A stretch of DNA of 64,000 bases from Eledone cirrhosa. Taxonomy: Eukaryota. Shown here in pieces: positions 12,601-25,512 of this stretch (its first letter is position 1; the number at the start of each line of letters is the position of its first letter). The notes under the pieces are model-generated. The model made no database searches. It saw nothing but the letters and a program-made list of their open reading frames with translations, and was not told the origin of the DNA. The translations under genes and the position numbers were made by a program. The DNA is taken from positions 241,428,001 through 241,492,000 of the forward strand of contig OZ024741.1 in the NCBI GenBank assembly GCA_964016885.1. Direction: 5' to 3'.

Positions 12601-15600
12601 GTTGTGCTGTTACTGTCGTTGCTAAAATTGTTGTTAGTGTTGTGTTGTTACTGTTGTTACTGCTGTTACTGTCGTGGTTGTGCTGTTGCTGTCGTTGCTA
12701 AAATTGTTGTCAGTGTTGTGTTGTTACTGTTGTTACTGCTGTTACTGTCGTTGTTGTGCTGTTGCTGTCGTTGCTAAAATTGTTGTTAGTGTTGTGTTGT
12801 TACTGTTGTTTCTGCTGTTACTGGTGTTGTTGTGCTGTTACTGTCGTTGTTGTGCTGTTACTGTTGTTACAGCTGTTAATGTCGTTGTTCTGCTGTTACT
12901 GTAGTTGTTAAAATTGTTGTTAGTGTTGTGTTGTTACTGTTGTTACTGCTCTTGCTGTCGTTGTTGTGTTGTTACTGTTGTTACAGCTGTTAATGTCATT
13001 GTCGTGCTGTTACACTTGTTGCTAAAATTGTTGTTAGTGTTGTGTTGTTACTGCTGTTACTGCTGTTACTGTAGTTGTTGTGCTGTCGGTGTCGTTGCTA
13101 AAATTGTTGTTAGTGTTGTGTTGTTACTGTTGTTACCGCTGTTACTGTTGTTGTTGTTGTTGTGCTGTAACTGTCGTTGCTAAAATTGTTGTAACTGTTG
13201 TGTTGATACTGTTGTTACTGTCGTTGTTGTGCTGTTACTGTTGTTGCTAAAATTGTTGTTAGTGTTGTGTTGTTACTGTTGTTACTGCTGTTACTGTTGT
13301 TGTTGTGCTGTTACTGTCGTTGCTAAAATTGTTGTAACTGTTGTGTTGATACTGTTGTTACTGCTGTTACTGTCGTTGTTGTGCTGTTACTGTCGTTGCT
13401 AAAATTGTTGTTAGTGTTGTGTTGTTACTGTTGTTACATCTGTTACTGTCGTTGTTGTGCTGTTACAGTCGTTGCTAAAATTGTTGTTAGTGTTGTGTTG
13501 TTACGGTTGTTACTGCTGTTAATGTCGTTGTTGTGTTGATACTGTCGTTGCTAAAATTATTGTTAGTGTTGTGTTGTTACTGTTGTTACTGCTGTTACTG
13601 CTGTTACTGGTGTTATTGTGCTGTTACTGTCGTTGCTAAAATTGTTGTAACTGTTGTGTTCATACTATTGTTACTGCTGTTACTGTCGTTGTTGTGCTGT
13701 TACTGTCGTTGCTAAAATTCTTGTTAGTGTTGTGTTGTTACTGTTGTTACATCTGTTAATGTCGTTGTTGTGCTGTTACTCTCGTTGTTGTGCTGTTACT
13801 GTCGTTGCTAAAATTGTTGTTAGTGTTGTGTTGTTACTGTTGTTACTGTTGTTACTGTCGTTGTTGTGCAGTTACTGTTATTGCTAAAATTGTTGTTAGT
13901 GTTGTGTTGTTACTGTTATTGTGTTGTTACTGTTCTTACTGATGTTACTCTCGTTGTTGTGCTGTTACTGTCGTTGCTAAAATTGTTGTTAGTGTTGTGA
14001 TGTTACTGTTGTTACTGTCGTTGTTGTGCTGTTACTGTTATTGCTAAAATTGTTGTTAGTGTTGTGTTGTTACTGTTGTTACTGCTGTGACTGTTGATGT
14101 TGTGCTGTTGCTGTCGTTGGTAAAATTGTTGATAGTGTTGTGTTGTTACTGTTGTTAATGCTGTTACTGTCAGTGTTGTGCTGTTACTGTTATTGCTAAA
14201 ATTCTTGTTAGTGTTGTGTTGTTACTGTTGTTACTGCTGTTACTCTCGTTGTTGTGCAGTTACTGTCGTTGCTAAAATTGTTGTTAGTGTTGTGTTGTTA
14301 CTGTTGTTACTGTTGTTACTGTCGTTGTTTTGCAGTTACTGTTATTGCTAAAATTCTTGTTAGTGTTGTGTTGTTACTGTTGTTGTGTTGTTACTGTTGT
14401 TACTGCTGTTACTGTCGTTGTTGTGCTGTTACTGTCGTTGCTAAAATTGTTGTCAGTGTTGTGTTGTTACTGTTGTTACTGCTGTTACTGTTGTTGTTGT
14501 GCTGTTAATGTCGTTGCTAAAATTGTTGTTAGTGTTGTGTTGTTACTGTTGTTACTGCTGTTACTGTCGTGGTTGTGCTGTTGCTGTCGTTGCTAAAATT
14601 GTTTTTAGTGTTGTGTTGTTACTGCTGTTACTGCTGTTACTGTTGTTGTTGAGCTGTTACTGTCGTTGCTAAAATTGTTGTTAGTGTTGTGTTGTTACTG
14701 TTGTTACTGCTGTTACTGTCGTTGTTGTGCTGTTGCTGTCGTTGCTAAAATTGTTTGTAGTGTTGTGTTGTTACTGCTGTTACTGCTGTTACTGTTGTTG
14801 TTGTGCTGTTACTGTTGTTGCTAAAATTGTTGTTGGTGTTGTGTTGTTACTGCTGTTACTGCTGTTACTGAGCTGTTACTGTCGTTGCTAAAATTGTTGT
14901 TAGTGTTGTGTTGTTACTGCTGTTACTGCTGTTACTGTTGTTGTTGTGCTGTTACTGTCGTTGTTAAATTGTTGTAACTGTTGTGTTGATACTGTTGTTA
15001 CTGCTGTTACTGTTGTTGTTGTGCTGTTACTGTCGTTGCTAAAATTGTTGTTAGTGTTGTGTTGTTACTGTTGTTACATCTGTTACTGTCGTTGTTGTGC
15101 TGTTACAGTCGTTGCTAAAATTGTTGTTAGTGTTGTGTTGTTACTGTTGTTACTGCTGTTAATGTCGTTGTTGTGTTGTTACTGTCGTTGCTAAAATTGT
15201 TGTTAGTGTTGTGTTGTTACTGTCGTTGCTAAAATTGTTGTTAGTGTTGTGTTGTTACTGTTGTTACTGCTGTTACTGGTGTTGTTGTGCTGTTACTGTC
15301 GTTGCTAAAATTGTTGTAACTGTTGTGTTGATACTGTTGTTACTGCTGTTACTGTCGGTGTTGTGCTGTTACAGTCGTTGCTAAAATTGTTGTTAGTGTT
15401 GTGTTGTTACTGTTGTTACTGCTGTTACTGTCGTTGTTGTGCTGTGACTGTCGTTGCTAAAATTGTTGTTAGTGTTGTGTTGGTACTGTTGTTACTGCTG
15501 TTACTGTTGTTGTTGTGCTGTTACTGTCGTTGCTAAAATTGTTGTAACTGTTGTGTTGATACTGCTGTTACTGTCGTTGTTGTGCTGTTACTGTCGTTGC

Positions 15601-18600
15601 TAAAGTTGTTGTTAGTGTTGTGTTGTTACTGTTGTTACTGTTGTTACTGTTGTTACTGATGTTACTGTTGTTGTTGTGCTGTTACTGTCGTTGTTGTGCT
15701 GTTACTGTTGTTACAGCTGTTACTGGTGTTGTTGTGCTGTTACTGTCGTTGTTGTGCTGTTACTGTTGTTACAGCTGTTACTGTCGTTGTTGTGCTGTTA
15801 CTGTCGTTGTTAAAATTGTTCTTAGTGTTGTGTTGTTACTGTTGTACTGCTGTTACTGTCGTTGCTAAAATTTTTGTTAGTGTTATGTTGTTACTCTTGT
15901 TACTGCTGTTACTGTCGTTGTTGTGCTGTTACTGTCGTTGCTAAAATTGTTGTTAGTGTTGTGTTGTTACTGTTGTTACTGCTGTTACTGTCGTGGTTGT
16001 GCTGTTGCTGTCGTTGCTAAAATTGTTGTCAGTGTTGTGTTGTTACTGTTGTTACTGCTGTTACTGTCGTTGTCGTGCTGTTGCTGTCGTTGCTAAAATT
16101 GTTGTTAGTGTTGTGTTGTTACTGTTGTTTCTGCTGTTACTGGTGTTGTTGTGCTGTTACTGTCGTTGTTGTGCTGTTACTGTTGTTACAGCTGTTAATG
16201 TCGTTGTTCTGCTGTTACTGTAGTTGTTAAAATTGTTGTTAGTGTTGTGTTGTTACTGTTGTTACTGCTCTTGCTGTCGTTGTTGTGTTGTTACTGTTGT
16301 TACAGCTGTTAATGTCATTGTCGTGCTGTTACACTTGTTGCTAAAATTGTTGTTAGTGTTGTGTTGTTACTGCTGTTACTGCTGTTACTGTAGTTGTTGT
16401 GCTGTCGGTGTCGTTGCTAAAATTGTTGTTAGTGTTGTGTTGTTACTGTTGTTACCGCTGTTACTGTTGTTGTTGTTGTTGTGCTGTAACTGTCGTTGCT
16501 AAAATTGTTGTAACTGTTGTGTTGATACTGTTGTTACTGTCGTTGTTGTGCTGTTACTGTTGTTGCTAAAATTGTTGTTAGTGTTGTGTTGTTACTGTTG
16601 TTACTGCTGTTACTGTTGTTGTTGTGCTGTTACTGTCGTTGCTAAAATTGTTTTTAGTGTTGTGTTGTTACTGCTGATACTGCTGTTACTGTTGTTGTTG
16701 TGCTGTTACTGTCGTTGCTAAAATTGTTGTTAGTGTTGTGTTGTTACTGCTGTTACTGCTGTTACTGTTGTTGTTGTGCTGTTACTGTCTTTGCTAAAAT
16801 TGTTGTAACTGTTGTGTTGATACTGTTGTTACTGCTGTTACTGTCGTTGTTGTGCTGTTACTGTCGTTGCTAAAATTGTTGTTAGTGTTGTGTTGTAACT
16901 GTTGTTACATCTGTTACTGTCGTTGTTGTGCTGTTACAGTCGTTGCTAAAATTGTTGTTAGTGTTGTGTTGTTACGGTTGTTACTGCTGTTAATGTCGTT
17001 ATTGTGTTGATACTGTCGTTGCTAAAATTATTGTTAGTGTTGTGTTGTTACTGTTGTTACTGCTGTTACTGCTGTTACTGGTGTTATTGTGCTGTTACTG
17101 TCGTTGTTAAAATTGTTGTAACTGTTGTGTTCATACTGTTGTTACTGCTGTTACTGTCGTTGGTGTGCTGTTACTGTCGTTGCTAAAATTCTTGTTAGTG
17201 TTGTGTTGTTACTGTTGTTACATCTGTTAATGTCGTTGTTGTGCTGTTACTCTCGTTGTTGTGCTGTTACTGTCGTTGCTAAAATTGTTGTTAGTGTTGT
17301 GTTGTTACTGTTGTTACTGTTGTTACTGTCGTTGTTGTGCAGTTACTGTTATTGCTAAAACTATAGTTAGTGTTGTGTTGTTACTGTTATTGTGTTGTTA
17401 CTGTTCTTACTGATGTTACTCTCGTTGCTAAAATTGTTGTTAGTGTTGTGATGTTACTGTTGTTACTGTCGTTGTTGTGCTGTTACTGTTATTGCTAAAA
17501 TTGTTGTTAGTGTTGTGTTGTTACTGTTGTTACTGCTGTGACTGTTGATGTTGTGCTGTTGCTGTCGTTGGTAAAATTGTTGTTAGTGTTGTGTTGTTAC
17601 TGTTGTTAATGCTGTTACTGTCAGTGTTGTGCTGTTACTGTTATTGCTAAAATTCTTGTTAGTGTTGTGTTGTTACTGTTGTTACTGCTGTTACTCTCGT
17701 TGTTGTGCAGTTACTGTCGTTGCTAAAATTGTTGTTAGTGTTGTGTTGTTACTGTTGTTACTGTTGTTACTGTCGTTGTTTTGCAGTTACTGTTATTGCT
17801 AAAATTCTTGTTAGTGTTGTGTTGTTACTGTTGTTGTGTTGTTACTGTTGTTACTGCTGTTACTGTCGTTGTTGTGCTGTTACTGTTATTGCTAAAATTG
17901 TTGTTAGTGTTGTGTTGTTACAGTTGTTACTGCTGTTACTGTCGTGTTGTGCTGTTACAGTCGTTGCTAAAATTGTTGTCAGTGTTGTGTTGTTACTGCT
18001 GTTACTGGTGTTGTTGTGCTGCTACTGTCGTTGCTAAAATTGTTGTTACTGTTGTTACAGTTGTTACTGACGGTGTAGTGCTGTTACAGTCGTTGGTAAA
18101 ATTGTTGTTAGTGTTGTGTTGTTACTGTTGTTACTGCTGTTACTGTCGTTGTTGTGCCGTTACTGTTATTGCTAAAATTGTTGTTAGTGTTGTGTTGTTA
18201 CTGTTATTGTGTTGTTACTGTTCTTACTGATGTTACTCTCGTTGTTGTGCTGTTACTGTCGTTGCTAAAATTGTTGTTAGTGTTGTGAATTTACTGTTGT
18301 TACTGTCGTTGTTGTGCTGTTACTGTTATTGCTAAAATTGTTGTTAGTGTTGTGTTGTTACTGTTGTTAATGCTGTTACTGTCAGTGTTGTGCTGTTACT
18401 GTTATTGCTAAAATTCTTGTTAGTGTTGTGTTGTTACTGTTGTTGTGTTGTTACTGTTGTTACTGTTGTTACTGCTGTTACTGTCGTTGTTGTGCTGTTA
18501 CTGTTATTGCTAAAATTGTTGTTACTGCTGTTACTGTCGTGTTGTGCTGTTACTGTCGTTGCTAAAATTGTTGTCAGTGTTGTGTTGTTACTGCTGTTAC

Positions 18601-21600
18601 TGATGTTGTTGTGCTGTTACTGTCGTTGCTAAAATTGTTGTTACTGTTGTTACAGTTGTTACTGTCGGTGTAGTGCTGATACAGTCGTTGCTAAAATGGT
18701 TGTTAGTGTTGTGTTGTTACTGTTGTTACTGCTGTTACTGTCGTTGTTGTGCTGTTACTGTCGTTGCTAAAATTGTTGTCAGTGTTGTGTTGTTACTGTT
18801 GTTACTGCTGTTACTGTTGTTGTTGTGCTGTTACTGTCGTTGCTAAAATTGTTGTCAGTGTTGTGTTGTTACTGTTGTTACTGCTGTTACTGTTGTTGTT
18901 GTGCTGTTAATGTCGTTGCTAAAATTGTTGCTCGCGTTGTGTTGTTACTGTTGTTACTGCTGTTACTGTCGTGGTTGTGCTGTTGCTGTCGTTGCTAAAA
19001 TTGTTTTTAGTGTTGTGTTGTTACTGCTGTTACTGCTGTTACTCTTGTTGTTGTGCTGTTACTGTCGTTGCTAAAATTGTTGTTAGTGTTGTGTTATTAC
19101 TGTTGTTACTGCTGTTACTGTCGTTGTTGTGCTGTTGCTCTCGTTGATAAAATTGTTTGTAGTGTTGTGTTGTTACTGCTGTTACTGCTGTTACTGTTGT
19201 TGTTGTGCTGTTACTGTCGTTGCTAAAATTGTTGTTAGTGTTGTGTTGATACTGTTGTTACTGCTGTTACTGTCGTTGTTGTGCTGTTACTGTCGTTGCT
19301 AAAATTGTTGTTAGTGTTGTGTTGTTACTGTTGTTACATCTGTTACTGTCGTTGTTGTGCTGTTACAGTCGTTGCTAAAATTGTTGTTAGTGTTGTGTTG
19401 TTACTGTTGTTACTGCTGTTAATGTCGTTGTTGTGTTGTTACTGTCGTTGCTAAAATTGTTGTTAGTGTTGTGTTGTTACTGTTGTTGCTGCTGTTACTG
19501 GTGTTGTTGTTGTTGTGCTGTAACTGTCGTTGCTAAAATTGTTGTAACTGTTGTGTTGATACTGTTGTTACTGTCGTTGTTGTGCTGTTACTGTCGTTGC
19601 TAAAATTGTTGTTAGTGTTGTGTTGTTACTGCTATTACTGCTGTTACTGTAGTTGTTGTGCTGTCGGTGTCGTTGCTAAAATTGTTGTTAGTGTTGTGTT
19701 GTTACTGCTGTTACTGGTGTTGTTGTGCTGTTATGGTCGTTGTTGTGCTGTTACTGTCGTTGCTATAATTGTTGTTAGTGTTGTGTTGTTACTGTTGTTA
19801 CATCTGTTAATGTCGTTGTTGTGCTGTTACTATCGGTGTTGTGATGTTACAGTCGTTGCTAAAATTGTTGTTAGTGTTGTGTTGTTACTGTTGTTACTGC
19901 TGTTACTGTCGTTGTTGTGCTGTTACTGTCGTTGCTAAAATTGTTGTTAGTGTTGTGTTGTTACTGTTGTTACATCTGTTAATGTCGTTGTTGTGTTGTT
20001 ATTGTCGTTGTTGTGCTGTTACTGTTGTTGCTAAAATTGTTGTTAGTGTCGTGTTGTTACGGTTGTTACTGCTGTTAATGTCGTTGTTGTGTTGTTACTG
20101 TCGTTGCTAAAATTGTTGTTAGTGTTGTGTTGTTACTGTTGTTACTGATGTTACTGTTGTTGTTGTGCTGTTACTGTCGTGGCTAAAATTGTTGTAACTG
20201 TTGTGTTGATACTGTTGTTACTGCTGTTACTGTCGGTGTTGTGCTGTTACAGTCGTTGCTAAAATTGTTGTTAGTGTTGTGTTGTTACTGTTGTTACTGC
20301 TGTTACTGTCGTTGTTGTGCTGTGACTGTCGTTGCTAAAATTGTTGTTAGTGTCGTGTTGGTACTGTTGTTACTGCTGTTACTGTTGTTGTTGTGCTGTT
20401 ACTGTCGTTGCTAAAATTGTTGTAACTGTTGTGGTGATACTGTTGTTACTGCTGTTACTGTTGTTGTTGTGCTGTTACTGTCGTTGCTAAAATTGTTGTT
20501 AGTGTTGTGTTGTTACTGTTGTTACTGTTGTTAAAGTTGTTACTGATGTTACTGTTGTTGTTGTGCTGTTACTGTCGTTGTTGTGCTGTTACTGTTATTA
20601 CAGCTGTTACTGTCGTTGTTGTGCTGTTACTGTCGTTGTTGTGCTGTTACTGTCGTTGTTGTGCTGTTACTGTCGTTGTTAAAATTGTTGTTAGTGTTGT
20701 GCTGTTACTGTTGTTACTGCGGTTACTGTCGTTGCTAAAATTGTTGTTAGTGTTATGTTGTTACTCTTGTTACTGCTGTTACTGTCGTTGTTGTGCTGTT
20801 ACTGTCGTTGCTAAAATTGTTGTTAGTGTTGTGTTGTTACTGTTGTTACTGCTGTTACTGTCGTTGTTGTGTTGTTACTGTTGTTACAGCTGTTAGTGTC
20901 GTTGCTAAAATTGTTATTAGTGTTGTGTTGTTACTGTTGTTTCTGCTGTTACTGTAGTTGTTGTGCTGTTGGTGTCGTTGCTAAAATTGTTGTTAGTGTT
21001 GTGTTGTTACTGTTGTTACTGTTGTTGTTGCGCTGTTACTGTCATTGCTAAAATAATTGTAACTGTTGTGTTGTTACTGTTGTTACTGCTGTTACTGTCG
21101 TTCTTGCGCTGTTACTGTTGTTGTTGTGCTGTTACTGTCGTTGCTAAAATTGTTGTAACTGTTGTGTTGATACTGTTGTTACTGCTGTTAATTTCGTTGT
21201 TGTGCTGTTACTGTCGTTGCTAAGATTGTTGTTAGTGTTGTGTTGTTATTGTTGTTACATCTGTTAATGTCGTTGTTGTGCTGTTACTGTCGTTGCTAAA
21301 ATTATTGTTAGTGTTGTGTTGTTACTGTTGTTACATCTGTTACTGTCGTTGTTGTGCTGTTACAGTCGTTGCTAAAATTGTTGTTAGTGTTGTGTTGTTA
21401 CTGTTGTTACTGCTGTTACTGTCGTTGTTGTGTTGTTACTGTCGTTGCTAAAATTGTTGTTAGTGTTGTGTTGTTACTGTTGTTACTGTTGTTACTGATG
21501 TTACTGTTGTTGTTGTGCTGTTACTGTCGTTGTTGTGCTGTTTCTGTCGTAGCTAAAATTGTTTTTAGTGTTGTGTTGTTACTGTTGTTACGTCGTTGTT

Positions 21601-24600
21601 GTGCTGTTACTGTCGTTGCTAAAATTGTTGTTAGTGTTGTTGTGTTACTGTTGTTACTGCTGTTACTGTTGTTGTTGTGCTGTTACTGTCGTTGCTAAAA
21701 TTGTTGTTAGTGTTGTGTTGTTACTGTTGTTACTGCTGTTACTGTCGTTGCTAAAATTGTTGTTAGTGTTATGTTGTTACTGTTGTTACTGCTGTTACTG
21801 TCGTTGTTGTGCTGTTACTGTCGTTGCTAAAATTGTTATTAGTGTTGTGTTGTTACTGTTGTTTCTGCTGTTACTGTTGTTGTTGTGCTGTTACTGTCGT
21901 TGCTAAAATTATTGTTAGTGTTGTTACTGTTGTTACTGCTGTTACTGTCGTTGCTAAAATTGTTATTAGTGTTGTGTTGTTACTGTTGTTACTGCTGTTA
22001 CTGTTGTTGTTGCGCTGTTACTGTCGTTGCTAAAATTGTTGTTAGTGTTGTGTTGTTACTGTTGTCATTGCTTTACTGTCGTTGTTGTGTTGTTACTGTT
22101 GTTACTGCTGTTACTGTCGTTGTTGTGCTGTTACTGTCGTTGCTAAAATTGTTGTTAGTGTTGTGTTGTTACTGTTGTTGTGTTGTTACTGCTGTTACTG
22201 TTGTTGTTGTGCTGTTACTGTCGTTGCTAAAATTGTTGTTAGTCTTATGTTGTTACTGTTGTTACAGCTGTTAGTGTCGTTGCTAAAATTGTTATTAGTG
22301 TTGTGTTGTTACTGTTGTTTCTGCTGTTACTGTAGTTGTTGTGCTGTTGGTGTCGTTGCTAAAATTGTTGTTAGTGTTGTGTTGTTACTGTTGTTACTGT
22401 TGTTGTTGTGCTGTTACTGTCGTTGCTAAAATTGTAGTTAGTGTTGTTACTGTTGTTACTGCTGTTACTGTCGTTCTTGCGCTGTTACTGTCGTTCTTGC
22501 GCTGTTACAATCGTTGCTAAAATTGTTGTTAGTGTTGTGTCGTTACTGTTGTTTCTGTTGTTACTTTTGTTGTTGTGCTGCTACTGTCGTTGCTAAAATT
22601 GTTGTTAGTGTTACGTTGTTACTGCTGTGACTGTTGTTGTTGTGTTGTTGCTGTCGTTGCTAAAATTGTTGTTAGTGTTATGTTGTTACTGTTGTTACTG
22701 CTGTTACTGTCGTTGTTGTGCTGTTACTGTCGTTGGTAAAATTGTTGTTAGTGTTGTGTTATTACTGCTGTTACTGTCGTTGTTGTGCTGTTACTGTTGT
22801 TTCTGCTGTTATTTTTGTTGTTGTGCTGTTGCTGTCGTTGCTAAAATTGTTGTTAGTGTTGTGTTGTTACTGTTGTTACTGCTTTTACTGTCGTTGTTGG
22901 GGTGTTACTGTTGTTACTGCTGTTACTGTCGTTGTTGTGCTGTTACTGTCGTTGCTAAAATTGTTGTTAGTGTTGTGTTGTTACTGTCGTTGTTGTGCTG
23001 TTAATGTCGTTGTTGTGCTGTTACTGTCGGTGTTGTGCTGTTACAGTCGTTGCTAAAATTGTTGTTAGTGTTGTGTTGTTACTGTTGTTACTGTTGTTAC
23101 TGATGTTACTGTTGTTGTTGTGCTGTTACTGTCGTTGTTGTGCTGTTACTGTTGTTACAGCTGTTACTGGTGTTGTTGTGCTGTTACTGTCGTTGTTGTG
23201 CTGTTACTGTTGTTACAGCTGTTACTGTCGTTGTTATGCTGTTACTGTCGTTGTTAAAATTGTTGTTAGTGTAGTGTTGTTACTGTTGTTACTGCTGTTA
23301 CTGTCGTTGCTAAAATTGTTGTTAGTGTTATGTTGTTACTCTTGTTACTGCTGTTACTGTCGTTGTTGTGCTGTTAATGTCGTTGCTAAAATTGTTGTTA
23401 GTGTTGTGTTGTTACTGTTGTTACTGCTGTTACTGTCGTTGTTGTGTTGTTACTGTTGTTACAGCTGTTACTGTCGTTGCTAAAATTGTTATTAGTGTTG
23501 TGTTGTTACTGTTGTTACAGCTGTTACTGTCGTTGTTGTGCTGTTACTGTCGTTGCTAAAATTGTTATTAGTGTTGTGTTGTTACTGTTGTTTCTGCTGT
23601 TACTGTAGTTGTTGTGCTGTTGGTGTCGTTGCTAAAATTGTTGTTAGTGTTGTGTTGTTACTGTTGTTACTGCTGTTACTGTTGTTGTTGCGCTGTTACT
23701 GTCGTTGCTAAAATTGTTGTTAGTGTTGTGTTGTTACTGTTGTTACTGCTGTTACTGTCGTTGTTGTGTTGTTACTGTTGTTGTTGTGCTGTTACTGTCG
23801 TTGCTAAAATAGTTGTAACTGTTGTGTTGTTACTGTTGTTACTGCTGTTACTGTCGTTCTTGCGCCTGTTACTGTTGTTGTTGTGCTGTTACTGTCGTTG
23901 CTAAAATTGTTGTAACTGTTGTGTTGATACTGTTGTTACTGCTGTTAATTTCGTTGTTGTGCTGTTACTGTCGATGCTAAAATTGTTGTTAGTGTTGTGT
24001 TGTTACTGTCGTTGCTAAAATTGTTGTTAGTGTTGTGTTGTTACTGTTGTTACATCTGTTAATGTCGTTGTTGTGCTGTTACTGTCGTTGCTAAAATTAT
24101 TGTTAGTGTTGTGTTGTTACTGTTGTTACTGCTGTTACTGTCGTTGTTGTGCTGTTACAGTCGTTGCTAAAATTGTTGTTAGTGTTGTGTTGTTACTGTT
24201 GTTACTGCTGTTACTGTCGTTGTTGTGTTGTTACTGTCGTTGCTATAAATTGTTGTTAGTGTTGTGTTGTTACTGTTGATACTGTTGTTACTGACGTTAC
24301 TGTTGTTGTTGTGCTGTTACTGTAGTTGTTGTGCTGTTGGTGTCGTTGCTAAAATTCTTGTTAGTGTTGTGTTGTTACTGTTGTTGTGTTGTTAATGCTG
24401 TTACTGTTGTTGTTGTGCTGTTACTGTCGTTGCTAAAATTGTTGTTAGTGTTGTGTTGTTACTGTTGTTACTGCTGTTACTGTCGTTGCTAAAATTGTTG
24501 TTAGTGTTATGTTGTTACTGTTGTTACTGCTGTTACTGTCGTTGTTGTGCTGTTACTGTCGTTGCTAAAATTTTTGTTAGTGTTGTGTTGTTACTGTTGT

Positions 24601-25187
24601 TGTTGTGCTGTTACTGTTGTTGCTAAAATTGTTGTTAGTGTTATGTTGTTACTGTTGTTACAGCTGTTACTGTAGTTGTTGTGCTGTTGGTGTCGTTGCT
24701 AAAATTGTTGTTAGTGTTGTGTTGTTACTGTTGTTACTGTTGTTACTGTTGTTGTTGTGCTGTTACTGTCGTTGTTAAAATTGTTGTTAGTGTTACGTTG
24801 TTACTGTTGTTTCTGCTGTTACTGTCGTTGTCGTGCTGTTACTGTCGTTGCGAAAATTGTTGTTAGTGTTATGTTGTTACTGTTGTTACTGCTGTTACTG
24901 TCGTTGTTGTGCTGTTACTGTCGTTGCTAAAATTGTTGTTAGTGTTGTGTTATTACTGTTGTTTCTGCTGTTATTTTTGTTGTTGTGCTGCTGCTGTCGT
25001 TGCTAAAATTGTTGTTAGTGTTGTGTTGTTACTGTTGTTACTGCTTTTACTGTCGTTGTTGGGTTGTTACTGTTGTTACTGCTGTTACTGTCGTTGTTGT
25101 GCTGTTACTGTCGTTGCTAAAATTGTTGTTAGTGTTGTGTTGTTACTGTTGTTACTGCTGTTACTTGTGTAGTTGTGCTGTTGGTGT
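9660..25187. repeat. 76-bp satellite, left block
   Basis: Consensus GCTAAAATTGTTGTTAGTGTTGTGTTGTTACTGTTGTTACTGCTGTTACTGTCGTTGTTGTGCTGTTACTGTCGTT. GCTAAAA occurs at 11073 and 11149, 76 bp apart. Length variants differ by the 9-bp GTTACTGYY and 20-bp GTTGTTGTGCTGTTACTGTC sub-modules. Confidence 0.97.
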
Positions 25188-25480
25188 TATAGCGGTTGTC
25201 TCCCTTGTTGTGACTCACAAACCCAATAGATTAACAACATCTAGACGGGATGTAGAACCCTTTCTGTAACTTCCGGCAGAGCCCTATAAAACCAATAGCC
25301 TTCGGCTCTCCCCCTCTCATTTGCCATTCCGGCGCCTGGCCTTCGCCAGGCGTCTCGCGTTTTCCTGGCAATCAAAACGGTATCTATTAACTTTGCTTCA
25401 TTCTTTCGTTTATTCATTGACATGTCAACTATACTGTTAAATTGTTGTTTAAGTATTATACACACGAGTTCTTCACTATA
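25188..25480 (+). repeat. 5' LTR (293 bp)
   Basis: TATAGCGGTTGTC...GAGTTCTTCACTATA. TATAAAA at 25285 and a GC-rich hairpin at 25331-25354. Confidence 0.93.
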
Positions 25481-25481
25481 T

Positions 25482-25512
25482 TGGTAACCCTGACGTGATA
25501 CGAACACGCAGC
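25482..25512 (+). other. Primer-binding site complementary to the tRNA-Trp 3' end, extended to about 31 nt
   Basis: TGGTAACCCTGACGTGATACGAACACGCAGC versus the reverse complement of metazoan tRNA-Trp as recalled, TGGTGACCCCGACGTGATTCGAACACGCAGC: 28/31 identical. Confidence 0.85.
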
